A stretch of 64,000 bases of DNA. It comes from Neophaeotheca triangularis. Taxonomy: Eukaryota. The first letter of the stretch is position 1. Each line of letters starts with the position of its first letter. The translations under genes were made by a program, and so were the position numbers. Positions 1 through 14,180 of this stretch are shown here, piece after piece. The stretch is from positions 1 to 64,000 of the forward strand of contig BAAIJX010000042.1 in the NCBI GenBank assembly GCA_054600435.1, in the 5' to 3' direction. Under the pieces are notes generated by a model, which saw only the letters and a program-made list of their open reading frames with translations, was not told the DNA's origin and made no database searches.

Positions 1-63
1 GGGGGGGGATGGGGTGTGGCAAGTGCAGGGGCAATAGGATCAGGAGGAAATCTCAGTACTCAC

Positions 64-206
64 CTTCTCTTCGCCATCTGTGCTGCTGTCGCAGCCATTG
101 GGGGTCCTGATCCCACCTTTCCTCCAACCGAAGCCTCGTTGGGTTCGCTGAATCCATAGCGCTCACTGCCGCCTTGAAACTCTGCTTGCCGCTTCATGCC
201 CGACAT
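64..206 (-). CDS. First exon of a gene running off the left edge; probable Nup2/Nup50-like nucleoporin N-terminus
   Basis: ATG at 206 gives MSGMKRQAEFQGG...PMAATAAQMAKR, then a GTGAGT donor at 63. The KRxAExQ...ATAAQxAxR pattern resembles the N-terminus of filamentous-fungal Nup2 as I recall it. The rest of the gene lies outside the window. Confidence 0.5.
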
Positions 207-2038
207 GGCGCCTCCTGTTGTCCTGTCCTTCCAAGCGCGCCTTCGCGACCGTAATGTCTTGCTTGAATGTGCGCGATATCCTTGCGATCCTTCACAGCCG
301 AGCTGAAGTCTTCGAGGGCGATCGAGTTGTTTTGCGCATGCGCTAAGGGTTCGCGGGGGCAGCAAGTGCCGTGCGTTTTCGCTCGGGGGGGTATCTCTGG
401 ATGGACGCTGGTAATGACGAAGAAGAAGGAGAAAGGCTTGGTGTTATGTACACAAGGTGGATGGGTAGTAGTAGTAAAACACGTGCGAATGAGCAGGCAA
501 TGAATTGTTCATTCGAATGTTGTCAGTAGTCGGTCGTTGTTCTCGAATCTGCCCCGGCATGAAGTCCGACTTCCCGCGTCGAGCTCGGACCCACCACGTA
601 CGGGCTGCAAGCCAAGACCAAGTCGAGTGTGCAAGATGCGGCCACGGTTCAGCGTGCATGTCTGCATCTTCCCTTACAACAATCACTTTCCCTCCATATG
701 CGAGTTTCTGAATCTACACCACTTCACCTTGCTATTGACGTTGGAATGGTGTTGATCGCACCGCAGGTTCTCTCGCAATAGCCTGCGCAAGTAAGCCACG
801 GCCGCGAGAAAGCAGCTTAAAGCTTCCAAGAGAGAGCGCAAGTGTGTTGTCAACAACCAGCTTTCTGGGAGGTAGGACTTGCACGCGGGCAACCTACAAT
901 TGTCAAGCAAACCTAGAGCAAGTTGTCCGTTACCTAGCCGCCGTCAATACTACTACCTATATTATACATATGGACTGCGATCGATACGAGGCTTCGACTG
1001 GAACACTTGATATTCACAACCGCATACGCAACCATGTGACAGGATCGTTTGCTTCTCATCTCAACCTCGACATCCCTATCGATCTAACAAAGGTAGGTGC
1101 CTATACCATTCACTCATCGCAGATGTTTGTATCAGCCGGACCATAGGATATCTACACGAGGGCTCCCACCATCTGCCACCAAGACGAGGAAATAACAGCC
1201 TCCAAGCAGTGCAGGGTGCACACCAGTAACAGCATCGAAAGACCAACAGCAGTGTCAAGCCCGAAACTCTACTGCACCGTCGCGCATCCTGCTCTATACC
1301 AAAGTAAACCCTAAAGCCCAAGACTAAAGGCAATCGCTTTCGGTCTTAAGACGCCAGCGCGCACTCGCGGCTCGACTTCGCCACTTGTATCGTCGGTTCT
1401 GAACTTCTGTACCCGCAGCGCCCAATTCGGACATCTCTACCACGCTGCTCATCCCCAGTGATGCATCGTTCTCAACCTCCTTCGCACAGCTGCACGTCGC
1501 CAATGAGCGGTGTAGCTGTGTCCGCCGTGATGATATGACAGGTGAGATTGCGATGCGAGGAGGGCAGTGGGCGATTGAGAGTGCCTCGCAGGCGCTCGGC
1601 AGGCATTCATTGGTTGGAGTTTGAGAGGTGGTATGCCGCGGGCGTGGTGGTGCGGCCTGTTGGAGGATACAATAGTGTAGGTGCTGTTTTGATGAGAGAG
1701 CCGGGTAGGGTTCGGGTTTGGGTACGAGCTGTATCATATCTTGCGAAACGAGTGGTGACTTGTTGGTAGTTACAATAGCGAGTAGGTGGCGTCTCTAATG
1801 AATCCACATTTACATTGCCGAGCGAAGCTTTGTTGAGTGACATGTGTTCAATGGTCGAGTGAACACGACCAAAAGCCTATTGCCTAAGCAAGGCTAAGCA
1901 ACGAGGGAAACTACTAATCATCGCCATGCATTTTGACCAGATGAATGGCACAAACGACACCACCCTCTATTCGTCTATCTAGTTGATCAGAAAGCCCATC
2001 ACTCATGCACATCGTAACCAGATCGGCCCCCTCCCCCC

Positions 2039-3867
2039 CTAATCCAAAGTATTGATATCTACCTCGGCCCCAAACTCCAACACAACCCACTGACAAAACT
2101 TCTCAAACTCCATAGCCCACTCCCGCATCCTCTCCGCCCGGCTGCTCTTCCCCACAACCCCGTCCTTGACCTCCTGCTGCCACACTTTCGCCGGCACATC
2201 CTCAAAAGTCGCCCACCTCACACTGTTCTCCGCCAGACTCGCCAAGCCCTCGAGTCCCAAGTTCTCCCACCCTTGCAACGCCTGCCAGAAATCGTGCGTC
2301 ATGCCGCTGAACCCCTGACCGAGAATGAGCGGGTCGTCATTGCTCAGCGAGCACGGCACGCCACGAGCGAGCAGCGCGGGCAGCGGGTGCGAGCAGATAG
2401 AACCGCAGAGCCGCAGCACCTCGTTGGAGACTGGGCAGGACTCGATCAGGATCTTCTTCTCCTTAACCATGTCCACCAGCAAGGGATGCTTGTACAGACT
2501 AAAGCCGTGACCGATGCGCCTCGTGCCGAGCAGAATCGCATCAAAGAGGTTCTCGTCAACCGAGTCGCCGTCGCCCAGCGTCTCGCCGGCGTGGAAGTAG
2601 AAAGGTATGTCGACGCCCTCTTGCGCGCATTGTTTCTTGAACCAGAAGAGCTCGGGGGTCATCTCGACGAGAGAGCGGCCCGCGTCCTCCTGCCCGACGA
2701 GGTCGAACCCGGCTATCAAGTCGGGGAACTGCAGTTTGAGTTCGATACACTCGTCCATGCTCTCGACGACTTTGCGCTGCGGGAAAGCGCGGATGGCGGT
2801 CCAGATCAATCGCGCACCCCAGAAACCCTTGCCCTCTTCGGAGTCTTTAAAAGCGTTGATCTCCTCTTGCAGGGTGGCGAGGAGCGCAACGTTGTCTTCC
2901 TCGGGCTTTGCAGCACCCGTGCGGGTGAAGGGAACTACGAAGACCGACCGCATGTCGACCCACCTGACGCCATCCTCGTGCAGCTCGCGTAGCATGCCGC
3001 GTATAAATTTGCGGAAGATGGGTTCGTAGTGCTGCAGGGAGGCGAGGATGCCGAAGCAGGACATGAATTTCCGCCAGACGGCGTTGGGGCCCATGTGGTG
3101 CTTGAGGGATTCTTCGGGGGTGATGGTTACGCGAGATTTGAGCCAGGCCTTGAAGGCTGGGGTGCCTCCGCTGGGGAAGGATGAAGCGGCTTGCGTAATT
3201 GGCTTGAGTTCGTTAGCGGTGTAGGAGTCTGTCCAGATATTGGAGGCGTCGTTTGTGGAGGGCTTCGGTGTGTACTGAAATCTGAACATGTTGCTCTCTC
3301 TGGCGGAGTCGGTGTGGAGAGGTGTTTCGGAGGCGATACACATTCCCTCTGTACTGAGTGCTTCATCGATGAGCCAGTCCAGGTCTCCCATTGCTTGCAG
3401 GTGGCAATGCAGAAGCGTACCCTTGGGCATCTTCTTGACAATCTTCCAGAGTTTGGAGTTCTCCATGCGCTCTCGTGCGAGTGTGAACATCATCCCGGGG
3501 TGAACTTCGACTTCGCTCTCAGCTGCGAGGTTGTCTTCAAATTTCGCGTTCCAGATGGTCTGCTGTTCTTCGAAGCGAATTGCGGAGACGATTGCTGCAG
3601 CTTCCCGAGCCATGGGCGACAATCCCTCACGAAAGACATGATCTGATCGAGATCAGTAGTGAGCAAAGTATAATGTGCAAATGCCGACATACCACTTCGT
3701 TGCTGCTTCTCCTGTGCTACTAATGCATCCCGTCCGTCGAGATATTTCTGGATGAAAGGTTCGTCAAACGAGGGCACGCCCTGCTCTTCCGCCCATGCCT
3801 CGTCCTCGTCGATATGGAGGTCGTCGATGGAGACATTGTCAGGCTCAGCTGTGGACTGTTCGGCCAT
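2039..3867 (-). CDS. Adenosine deaminase, ADGF/CECR1 (ADA2)-like; 2 exons (intron 3643-3692)
   Basis: MPKGTLLHCH metal-binding motif, GFDLVGQED, FHAGET, RIGHG, SNDDP. A GTATGT..CAG intron joins ORF 3867 to ORF 3622 in frame (EKQQRSDHVFREGLSPMA). Confidence 0.92.
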
Positions 3868-4420
3868 GATTCGGTTCGACAGTGCTAGTAATGTTGTTTG
3901 TATCTACAGGTAGGACTTCAGTACAGATGGATGCTCTTGGTGATGTCGAGTCGCTTATCTACTTATCATCACCTTATCGCGCGATTAGGTGAAGTCAGTT
4001 TTGGCCCCGAACACCCGACCGATTAGTCAAAGGGTCGGTCCGCTACCTAGCTAGCGAGGCTAGGTACTGTAGTAAGCTTCACCTCCAGCTCGGGGTTAAG
4101 CGGAGGAACGGAGCCTCGTGCATGTGAAGGCGAATGACGAGCACAACAAAGCAGCACGTGAACATGATGTTCCTCGCTCAGCATCAGTGAGGTGTTACGA
4201 GTGCAGGTGTTCTGAACCACGTCTGACTTCTCCATATCGCCTTGAGCATGGCAGAAATCTGTCATGCTAGCAACGATAAGTACCAGTAGCTGCCTCAGGC
4301 GCAGATTACCGGCAATCATCGCCGCAGGCAACACGCTCCGCCACGCAAAGACAACAACATTCCCAGATATATAGTAGTTCGCCGCTATCGCTGCACCCTT
4401 GTTCCTCACAAGCACCTACA

Positions 4421-7400
4421 ATGGCGTACTGGATACCCTCTTCCATTCAAAAGCGGCTGCTTCGATATGCCCTATCGCGAACAGGCCTCCTCGAAGACAA
4501 AGCGATCGACCTGGCCGATTTGGACATCACTCTAGGCAGACAGAACGTCGTGGAGCTCAAGAACGTTGGCTTGAATATTCAAAAGCTTTCTAAGCTTGCC
4601 CAACTGCCACCTGAACTCCGAATAGAGGCTGCTCGAGCTCTGAGCCTGAAGCTTACAGTCCCCGCCGACATCTACCAGTCCAGCATAGTAGCAGAGGTGG
4701 ATGGGTTGGAGCTTTCGGTACGAGTAGAGGAGGATGGGAAGAGGAGGAAGGAGTCTGAGAAAGCTGAAAAGGGTGAGTCGGGCAGTTCCAGGACATCAGA
4801 GCACCGGAAGTCTAGGCAGGGGGTACATTCTCCACGAGCCCACCTCCAGGATGCAGAGTCGCATCTCCCAACGACGCAAGATCTGGCTCGATCTTTCTTG
4901 CACGATGAGCCTCTGCAAGAGAGAATGGAACTGGAGGCTTCGGTGGCTGCGAATGGCAGGTCGCCGGAAGAGTCAACGACAAGTGATGGTACCGATGGAG
5001 GTGACATAGGGACGGGTACGGGTGTAGGCTTGCCAGGGTTTCTGGCTGGGTTTTTGCAAGGGATAGTGGATAGGCTACAGCTCAAGATTAGGAATGTGCA
5101 CGCCGAGTTGGAGATGCAGCTGGGGGGAGATGATAGCATGCCCCTTGCTCTTTCGCTGCGTGTTGAGAACGCAGGATTAGATGCCACACAGGGCGACGAC
5201 GCCGGATATCGTAAGGTTTTCTTGAGTGAGCTGGCTTTTGACTTGATGACGGACGCTGTAGCGTTGTCCAATGTGCCAGAGGCACCTTTTGCTAGTTCTC
5301 CACCGGCCATGCGCTCCTCCACTCACAGCCGCATGGACTCCACAAACGCGCTTGTTCTCGGTGACTCTACAAACGAACGACCCACACCAACTGCGCTTCG
5401 GCAATCTCACTGTACCACCAGCGAAGGATCTAGCTCACTCAAGGCCCAGGTGTTTCCGGCCACCATGCAAGCGTCTCCGTTGAACGCCACGGATCGTGAT
5501 CATTTCGCCGAGGCTGGAGACGGGAACGACATGGCAACCAGCCAACAGAGTCTACCAGACATGGATATTAGACCTGGAGAAGACAATCTCAGTTTTGCCG
5601 CGCGTCGGAGTCAAGGAAGTACACCATCTGTCAACCTGTGGGACTCTGTCGCCAGTGATGAAGACCTACCAGATTCACTACTTTTCGAGCCTAGGCGGCC
5701 ATCCGCGCAAAGTACCCCACAAACGACACAAGAGAGTCCGCCAGCCCGGAGGACCCCTCGATCTGTCTCTCCTTACGCACGAAACTTACAAAGTCCGAGA
5801 TCATGGCCTCGGCTTGATAGGAGCCCGAAGCGAAACCGCTCGCAGCAACAAGATCATGATTCATGGCCTACAATTGAACGAGATCGACATGGTGGACTCC
5901 CTTCTCTGACACCTGGACATCGCCTGGAGAAGCAAGATGATTCGGTGGACAACAAGAATACCGCCTTTGAGTACAATGAATCAGAAACGAGTGACGACAG
6001 CGCTGATATGAGTAACAAACATGAGCATGCTGTTGAGGACATGGCTAACTCAAGGTATTTCAGCCACGAGGAGGCGGAAAGTATGTATATGAGTGCAATG
6101 ACGCAGGGCCACAGTCCCAGGGTAGCTATGCCCGGTCAATGGGGCTCGGATGATTCGCCAAGTGAGCGATCGCTCTCTCCGGTTGTTGCTCGGAGAGAAG
6201 GACCTCGCAAAGGCTCGACATCGCCAGGGATCTCAAATCACACAGAGTCGACCGTGCAGGAGGAAGTTCCGATCGATCCCCCACTGCGAGAAGAGACATT
6301 GGTGGAGACACCGCGAGCAGAATCTCTGAGCCCCAAGAGAACCGAGCCAGCACCACTGCCAGAAGATAAGCGAGTGGCCACGCGACTTCTTCACATCGAC
6401 ACAATGTCTGTCAACGTGCCAAACCGGGTAAAAGTCTCCTCATCGTTGAGCGCAAAGTCTACCGCGGACATAAATCGTCAAGCTTCCACACCCGCTACGC
6501 CAGGAGGGATTCCTGGTACTTTTTCAACATACTCAGAACGCTCAGAACGCCGTGGTCAAACCGTCCCTGGCTCCAGCGATGCTGGCAGTGTGCTACTTGG
6601 ATACCCACAGAATGCTACCTCAGTGGGCGAAATGCCAATAAGAGTAGAGATTGGCACGGTCGATGGTTCGCTCGACCTGGCTCTAGGTAAAGTAATGTAT
6701 GGCATTGTTACAAAGCTCACCCAGTTGCTGAAGGGCAATACGAGCACGAGCGAGTCAAGCAATCCATCGACTGCACCAGGTCCAACGAGCATGCTGAAGG
6801 TTGCAATAAGCAATCTACTTCTGCGTGTCTGCCACGACGCTCAACGTTCCACTGACCACCAAGAAGGGGAGCACGACCTTGTGACTCTCAAGTGTGCTGA
6901 TACTTTTTTCGCCGCATCGAATGCGAATACCGAGTTTGGCGTCGGTCGTCTGACCTTGACAACAGGCGGTCGCACAATGCTTACTTTCAGCCGCGATCAA
7001 AGTATGCAATCTTCTGTGGTGATACGACCAGATACCCCTGATCTCAAAGTCGATGTGTCAGGGGGTCACCCCACGACTTCCAAGTACCCGAGCACGCAGG
7101 TCCAGCTCAGTGCCCTACCTGTCATTCTCGACATCGACATACCCGTGTTGGAAGATGTCTTCTCATCCTTTGGCGGCCTTAGTGGCATCCTGGAGTTGGG
7201 AAATTCTGTGTTATCGGACACTACGGCCATACCTTCGCCACGAAAGCCACCTAAGGGGGTCAGATTCGCCGGCGATAAACCTTTGGTGGCTCAAAATGCT
7301 GAGTTGAAGGCACACGGCCGTATCGAGGGTGCCGCCATCACACTGAGAGCAAGTGCATGTGCTGTGAAGATGCGTAGTACCGCCATCAAATTCGTGCACA

Positions 7401-10400
7401 GAGCTGAGAGATCAGGCATTTCGACCAACCAGATCAGAATCGAAGGCCCCCAAGTACCACAAGGAAATGCTGTGCCTTTCACCATAGACACAGAAGGCGT
7501 CAAATTCGACTACGTCAATTCTGCGGTAGAGAATGACCTCGAGCGCCTCCTGTCTCTTCTAACTCCGCGCAAGGACAAGTACGATAATGATGACGATATC
7601 ATGATTGACACTCTTGTCCGACAACGCCGCAAGGGGGCTGTTGCACGTTTGACCGTTGACAAGCTGCGGGTCAATGTGACCGATAATGACAGTCTCGGTC
7701 TGCTTCAGGATCTTGGAACAGAGATGGCTCAAGTCTCAGCCGTGGCAAAGTATTTTCCGGAAGACGAGCGTCCTGGGTTGATGACTCTAGCTCGCGTGAA
7801 GGACGCTTATGCCCAAGTGCCAGTGAACGATCGGTTCGGGCGGTTGACCATCCGCGCTCGAGATCTCAACGCCGCTCACGTTGGCTTGCCGGCGCTCCTA
7901 GCACTTGCGGTAAGCGGCGTACGAGTTTCTGATGACACCGACTCCCCTTTGATTCACGCCGTCTCCCCGCTTGACGGTCACGACGACCTACCCATGATCA
8001 TGGCTCGCATGCTGGGCAATGAAGCAGAGCCCACCGTCAAAGTAAAGTTCTACAACATCTGCCTGGAGTACAGCGTGTCCACGATACTGGCCCTCACGGA
8101 CAAGCAAGAACAGCCAGATGTCGAGAAGCTTGTTGCTGGCATGGCTAAGTCGGTCGCCGCTCTTGTTCCGGCTTCGTCGCCTGCCGAGAATACGGGCGCA
8201 GACGAGAGCCCTGTCCCGACGATCCCTCCAGCATCCTCTTCGAAGCGAACAAATGTCAACTTGCTGCTACATGACTGTACTATAGGATTGACACCACAGG
8301 TATTGCAATCAAAGGCTTTGCTTGTCATCACGGATGCCCGTGCGTCGATGTTAGTCCCACCAGGCGAGATGCTAAGTGCCAGTCTCGAGCTGCATAGAGC
8401 TGCGGTTTTCCTCACAGACAACGCCAACAACGCCATTGATTCGGCGCCAAGCTCAAACGCTTCCACTACCAACAACACCGCTACCACGCCACGCTTAGCA
8501 TTGGCTTTGGCAAAACAAGGCTACGTTTCAGTTGGCTCAATCATTTCTGCCAAACTTGAAGCGAACGTAGGAGGAGGGCACGATAGTAACAAGTCCGTCG
8601 AGCTGGACTTTACGAACAAGCTTTTCCTTCTAGAGACATGTGCAGACTCCACGCGGACGCTTATTGCCACTCTTGGTGCGCTCGCGCCGCCTTCAACCCC
8701 AAGCAAGCAACCCCAATACCTCACCGAGCCCATGACAATTCAAGACATGCTTGCGTCCTTCTCGGGCGAAGCGGTTGAGAAGCCAGAGCGTACCCCAGAG
8801 ACACTTTTCGACATCGAAGAGGAAAACGACCCTGCCGATGAGCTGGAGGCTGGCCTTGCCATGAGTAGCGATCTTGATGACGATCTGCTGGCCGAATCCG
8901 AGATGACTTCGAGTTTGTACGGGCCGGTGAGTGGCATGCTGACTGGAGTTGATGCGCCTGTTGACGACGATGGTGCTGCAAACGACTTTAGAGAGACGGC
9001 TGAGAGTCTGCTCGAGGAAGAGGACCCGTTCGAGATGACTAGCTCGCCTACTGAGATGAAGCTAAATGACCATCAGCTGATTGGCGATCTAAATGCACAA
9101 GGCAAGCCTGCTCTTAGCGAGGAGCCGGTCGAAATTGAATGTATGGACATCGAAGACCTCGGCACTGCAGCTCTGGGATCTGAACAGGCTGCGCTGGGAA
9201 CCAAGTACCGTTTCGGTGCACCGGTCTCGAAAGCTGTCCTCGCTATCAGCGCCGAACGAAAAGATTGTCTCCCCTTCAAGCTCAAAGTGCATGATTGCCA
9301 CGTGATCTGGAATATCCATGATGGCTACGACTGGCAGCGCACCCAGGACGGCATTACCGACGCAGTTGAGCAGATTGAGAAGCGTGCCGAAGAAAAGATT
9401 ACCAGACGTCGACAATCGCGCAACGATCCCGAGGACGAAGAATCTGTCATCGGTGATTGCTTGTTCAACTCGATATACATTGGGGTGCCATCGAACCAGG
9501 ATGCTCAGAATTTGCGCAGGCAGATCAATCGTGGAATTGACCCCAATGGAAGCGAGATCGACACCGAAAGCCTTCCAGTCTCTGCTACATCACGACCTAC
9601 AACTTACTCCGCTGGTGGACGCCCCGTTCGGCAACGACAACAAAGACGGCTCAGGCTTGAGCGAAGCCGCGAGCATAAGGTAGCCTTCGAACTGAAAGGT
9701 GTATCTGCAGACATACTAGTCTTCAATCCCAATAGCGGCGAAGTGCAAAGCTCAGTCGATGTTCGCTTGAAGGACTTTGAAATCTTTGACAAGATACCAA
9801 CCTCGACATTTCACAAATTCCTGACCTGCATGAACAATGAAAGGAGCACGAGAGAGATGTCCAAGCCTATGATCCATCTCCAGCTTTCCAACGTCAAGAC
9901 GCTGCAAGAATACTCGGCGACGGAGATTGTAATGCGGGTGTCAATTCTCCCACTCCGCTTGCACGTAGACCAGGATACGCTGGACTTCATCACTCGCTTC
10001 TTCGAGTTCAAGGACCCAAGTGTGGTCACACCGGAAAGTACGGATCAGCCTTTCCTCCAACGCGTCGAAATTGACACGGTCGACCTCTGCCTCCACTACA
10101 AACCCAAGACGGTCGACTATGCGGGTATCAGGTCTGGGCACACCACCGAGTTCATGAACTTTGTCAACCTGGAAGCCTGCGATATTCGCCTCCGCCACGC
10201 CATCGTCTACGGTCTTCAAGGCTTCGAGCCTTTGCACAAGACTTTAAACGACGTCTGGATGCCCGATGTCAAGCGCAACCAACTACCACGCATCCTCGCA
10301 GGCTTGGCCCCAGTCCGCGGTATTGTAAACCTCGGCTCAGGCATGCGCGACGTCGTAGCCATACCCGTACGCGAGTACCGCCGAGACGGCAGGATCGTAC

Positions 10401-10963
10401 GAAACATTCAAAAAGGCGCTTTCCAATTCGCCAAAACCACGACATCCGAGCTCGCACGATTAGGCGCAAAAGTAGCAATGGGGACGCAGAACATGCTGTC
10501 CAACGCCGAGACCTTTCTGGGACCTTCACCCTCGAATTCACCGTACGGTCGAGCTGGTAGCAGCGAGGAAGCCGAAAGCAGAGGAGAGCATGAACACCGC
10601 GCCATCTCCGCCTACGCCGATCAGCCCGTCAACATCTTCTCCGGCTTGCGATCTGCTCGGCAGCGGCTCGAGCACGACTTGCTGACGGCCAAGGATGCCT
10701 TTATTGCTGTCCAGGGTGAGGTTTTGGAGAGCAGGGACCCTACCAGCGCTGCTGCTGCTGTGGTCAAACACGGGCCTACTGTCATCTTACGGCCCGTCAT
10801 TGGGGCTTCCAGAGCTGTCGGGACGACGTTGATGGGGTTGGGGAACCAGGTTGATCGTGGAAACGTGAGCAAAATGGAAGATGTGAGTTTTGTGTGATAA
10901 TAAAGATTGAGTGTCGGAGAGAGTTGAAACTGACAAGTTTTGCAGAAATACAAGAGGCGGTAG
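4421..10963 (+). CDS. ATG2: Autophagy-related protein 2 (lipid transfer protein); terminal intron 10883-10945
   Basis: About 2160 aa. N-terminal chorein-like start (IQKRLLRYALSR), HVIWNIHDGYDW, LRLHVDQDTLDF, YKPKTVDY..GHTTEFMNF, C-terminal ATG_C-type region. The GTGAGT..CTGAC..CAG intron gives the ending MEDKYKRR*. Confidence 0.95.
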
Positions 10964-12317
10964 TTTGTAGAGAGGACGTCGGATGTGATCTGCGAAACGC
11001 ATGCGGTTTCGGCACGAGCTACTGCGAGAGACGGTCGTTCTGGAGTCTGGACAGTTCCTTGACCACTGCGCCGGCGCTGTTCGCACCTCAGAGGTGGGTC
11101 GCTTGGGATGGTACTTGGTAGCTGCGGCCCTGCGGGTTGTGGCCTTGAACGCCTCGGAGGCGTGTCGTTGGCGATTTGAACCGGCAGGCTCTCTGGTTGA
11201 GAAGATTGAACTAGTGCTAGAGGTAGCAAATTAGCCTTGATTAACAATCATGACCTTGTGATCAAGGATGCACCATGGTCCATGTCATGGATGTCTCTTG
11301 AAAAGCTGAAACACGCGGGCCCTGGGCGCTCCAAGCTCCAAGTGGGTTCTGTAACGGTTTTCCAACGGCTTCAGTAGTAACAACGTCAAGTTTTGACTAC
11401 AGCCCGGGGCCTCCTGTTGTTAACTAACCCGTGTTGTTATTATTACCTAGCCTCGTCAATATCAATTCATTCATGCTGCAGTACACGTCGTACACACATC
11501 AAGGGCGGTACCTCGTACAGTAGTAAAGCAGCACACGGGAAGGTATGCAACTTCGGTCATATTCGGTAGCGATAGTGAAGGCCGTGGGACCCCACCCCGC
11601 GATATCCATATCCATATCCAGATCCGTGTGTGAGATATACGGTACAGTAGGTACATACAGTAGTAGTAGCTCATCACCGGCACGTTGTAACTTGTCCCCA
11701 AGCTTCCAAGACAACTCTAATATCCACCTTGTTGATTGAAGGAGAAAGCTAGTATAATCTACTCTACCTTCGTATCATTTCATTATTAGTGATGAGACGG
11801 CAGAGATGAAAGGTTAAAGCCTCAAAAAGGTCGATATAAGTCCGGTCCGCAATATTAATGCTTTCATCTAAACCTGCAGCTAAGTCATGTATCTACCTTA
11901 GGCATTCATCTACGGCAGTACCCAACTTACCTTGGGCTGGCTACCTTAGCCATGTAAGTTTGGTTATAGTCCTCCCGCGAACCAAATCTCACTTTATCAA
12001 TCTCCGCCGAGCAACAACAATGCAAGGCTTACGAATGTGTTATCGTTGGCTCTACCAAGAAGCCGCCATGTTGCAACGCATGCTTTTAGGGCGACAGCGG
12101 CCTGGGCGTCTTCTTTGGGGCGGGCTCAATGGCTATCGGAAACGTCAAGTTCGAGGCGTGCTTGTTTGATATAAGTATCGAGGTCGTCTTCCTACGTCCT
12201 CTACCTACCTCCCCTACCTTGGGTAGCTACCTACAGTACCTTATCCTTTCTCCCCTTCCTTCTCTCACTTTCCTTCTCTCGCATTCTTTCTCTCACATTC
12301 GTTCTTTACCTGTCGCC

Positions 12318-13639
12318 ATGTACGCCAAGTGCTTCACCCTCGCTTCTTTCGCTGCCTCTGCCCTGGCGGCGAGGCCCTTTGTCAACGAACCCGATACTGG
12401 GTAAGTCTCGACATACTTTGCCCTTCTATACTATCCAATGCAGATGACTGACGTTGTCACAGCTATTATGGCTACTTCAACGACAGCATTGCGCCAGGAC
12501 AACTGCCTCAACTCGAGGACATGCGCAGTTTAAACGACTTTGACGCCGCTGCACGTAACTACCTCACGGATTACGACTACACTTATTACCGCGCCGGCGC
12601 TGGTGGCGAATGGAGCTACCGGAACAACCTCGAAGCCTACCCTAGAATCACCCTCAGACCTCGCATGATGCGCGACATCTCCAATGTCGAATCGACTTTC
12701 CCCACCACGGCCTATGGCTACAACTTCTCCGCCCCCTTCTTCTTCTCCCCCGTTGCACGGGGTGGATACCTCCACCCTGAAGGCGAAAACAACATCGTCC
12801 AAGCCTGTGCTGAGCGCAACGTGCTGATGGTTGCCTCCAACTACGCCAGCAAGACCCAAGACGAGCTCTACCAAGCTCGCATCCAAGCCTGGAACCCCAC
12901 TGACGCTCCCGCATACGGCAATGTCACCTACTCCAACGCCACCGACCCTGCTTTCGGCGGCGTCGAGCCCGAGGTCCAACCTTTTTTCCAGCAAATGTAC
13001 CTGACCGGTAGCAACTTCACCGCAGACATTGAAGCTATGCGCAGCTACGCTCGTCAAGGTGCCAAAGCCTTTGTCATCACCATCGACGCCCCCGCCTCCA
13101 GCAACAGGATCAGAGCCGCGAGGTACGGAGCCGGGTCAGCAAACACAGACGTCAACCCCATCACCTGGGAGTACATGGACAGGCTCCGCGAAGAGATGCA
13201 GATGCCTCTTATCCCCAAGGGCATCCTCACCATTGAAGACGTCTACATTGCGATGGAGAAAGGCTACGAGACCGTCTACCTCTCCAATCACGGTGGCAGG
13301 CAAGTCGACGGCACCGCATCGCCTTTCGAAGTCGCCCAGGAAATCCACAACCAGGACCCAAGCGTCTACGACAAGATCGATGTGTGGGTTGACGGCGGCG
13401 TCCGCTACGGCACCGACATTCTCAAGCTCCTCGCTCTCGGTGTCAAGATGGTCGGTGTTGGACGGGGTCTTTACTACCCCATCATTTACGGTGCCGAGGG
13501 TGTGACTTTCGCCATCGACATGCTGTACCTTGAGCTCTTCCAGGCTGCTGCTGCGAGCGGTGTGACGGATTTGAAAAAGATTTCCGCCGACTTGTTGCAG
13601 CTTCATCCCTCGGTGCCCAGGTATGCGGGTCTCGCTTGA
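12318..13639 (+). CDS. FMN-dependent alpha-hydroxy acid oxidase/dehydrogenase with predicted N-terminal signal peptide; intron 12401-12462
   Basis: Exon 1 is MYAKCFTLASFAASALA-ARPFVNEPDTG, followed by a GTAAGT..CTGAC..CAG intron. Family motifs LRPRMM, FQQMY, TIDAP, IPKGI, SNHGGRQVDG, DGGVRYGTDILKLLALG. No cytochrome b5 domain. Confidence 0.9.
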
Positions 13640-14180
13640 AAGTGATTCATGAGGTTTTAGATAGAGCGAGAAACGGCCTGAAATAGATTTGTTATGAGAC
13701 TGATGTGCATCCCGTGGTTCGTACCTCAGGCTCTTGGGCTGATGTTTTGTATGGTCAAGATAAAACTATGAGACCTTTGAGACAGGCATATCGCGGGGGT
13801 CCTCGGTTGTAAGTACCTAGAATTTCCAATCTCAACTGCATTTGATGCCGCTGCTCCGCTGGCGGCTTATGCCAAGAATAGCAACGCCTCGCCCCGATCG
13901 GGAAGCTTGAAATACAATAAGAATAAGTTAGCTACCGCTTTCCCGTCCCGACATAAGACTTCATCTCCTTTTCAACACTTGGACAATCCTTCGAGACCTT
14001 GTCTCTGAATCCTACAGGGACAACCGTGCTGTTCGGTAAGAGTAGATAAAGAATGTCATGTAGGTCGCTCCTTTCTCTTCTTGCCATCCCATCCACACAC
14101 TCGGTTTTACCAAATACTGCCCCTCCACCCTCCAGCCCACCATCTCACATCCACCTTACATCCACACGCTGTCAAACACA

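Noticed and set aside
500..2000. Numerous short ORFs between the Nup2-like exon and the deaminase
   Set aside because: No coding signature or motifs; treated as intergenic.
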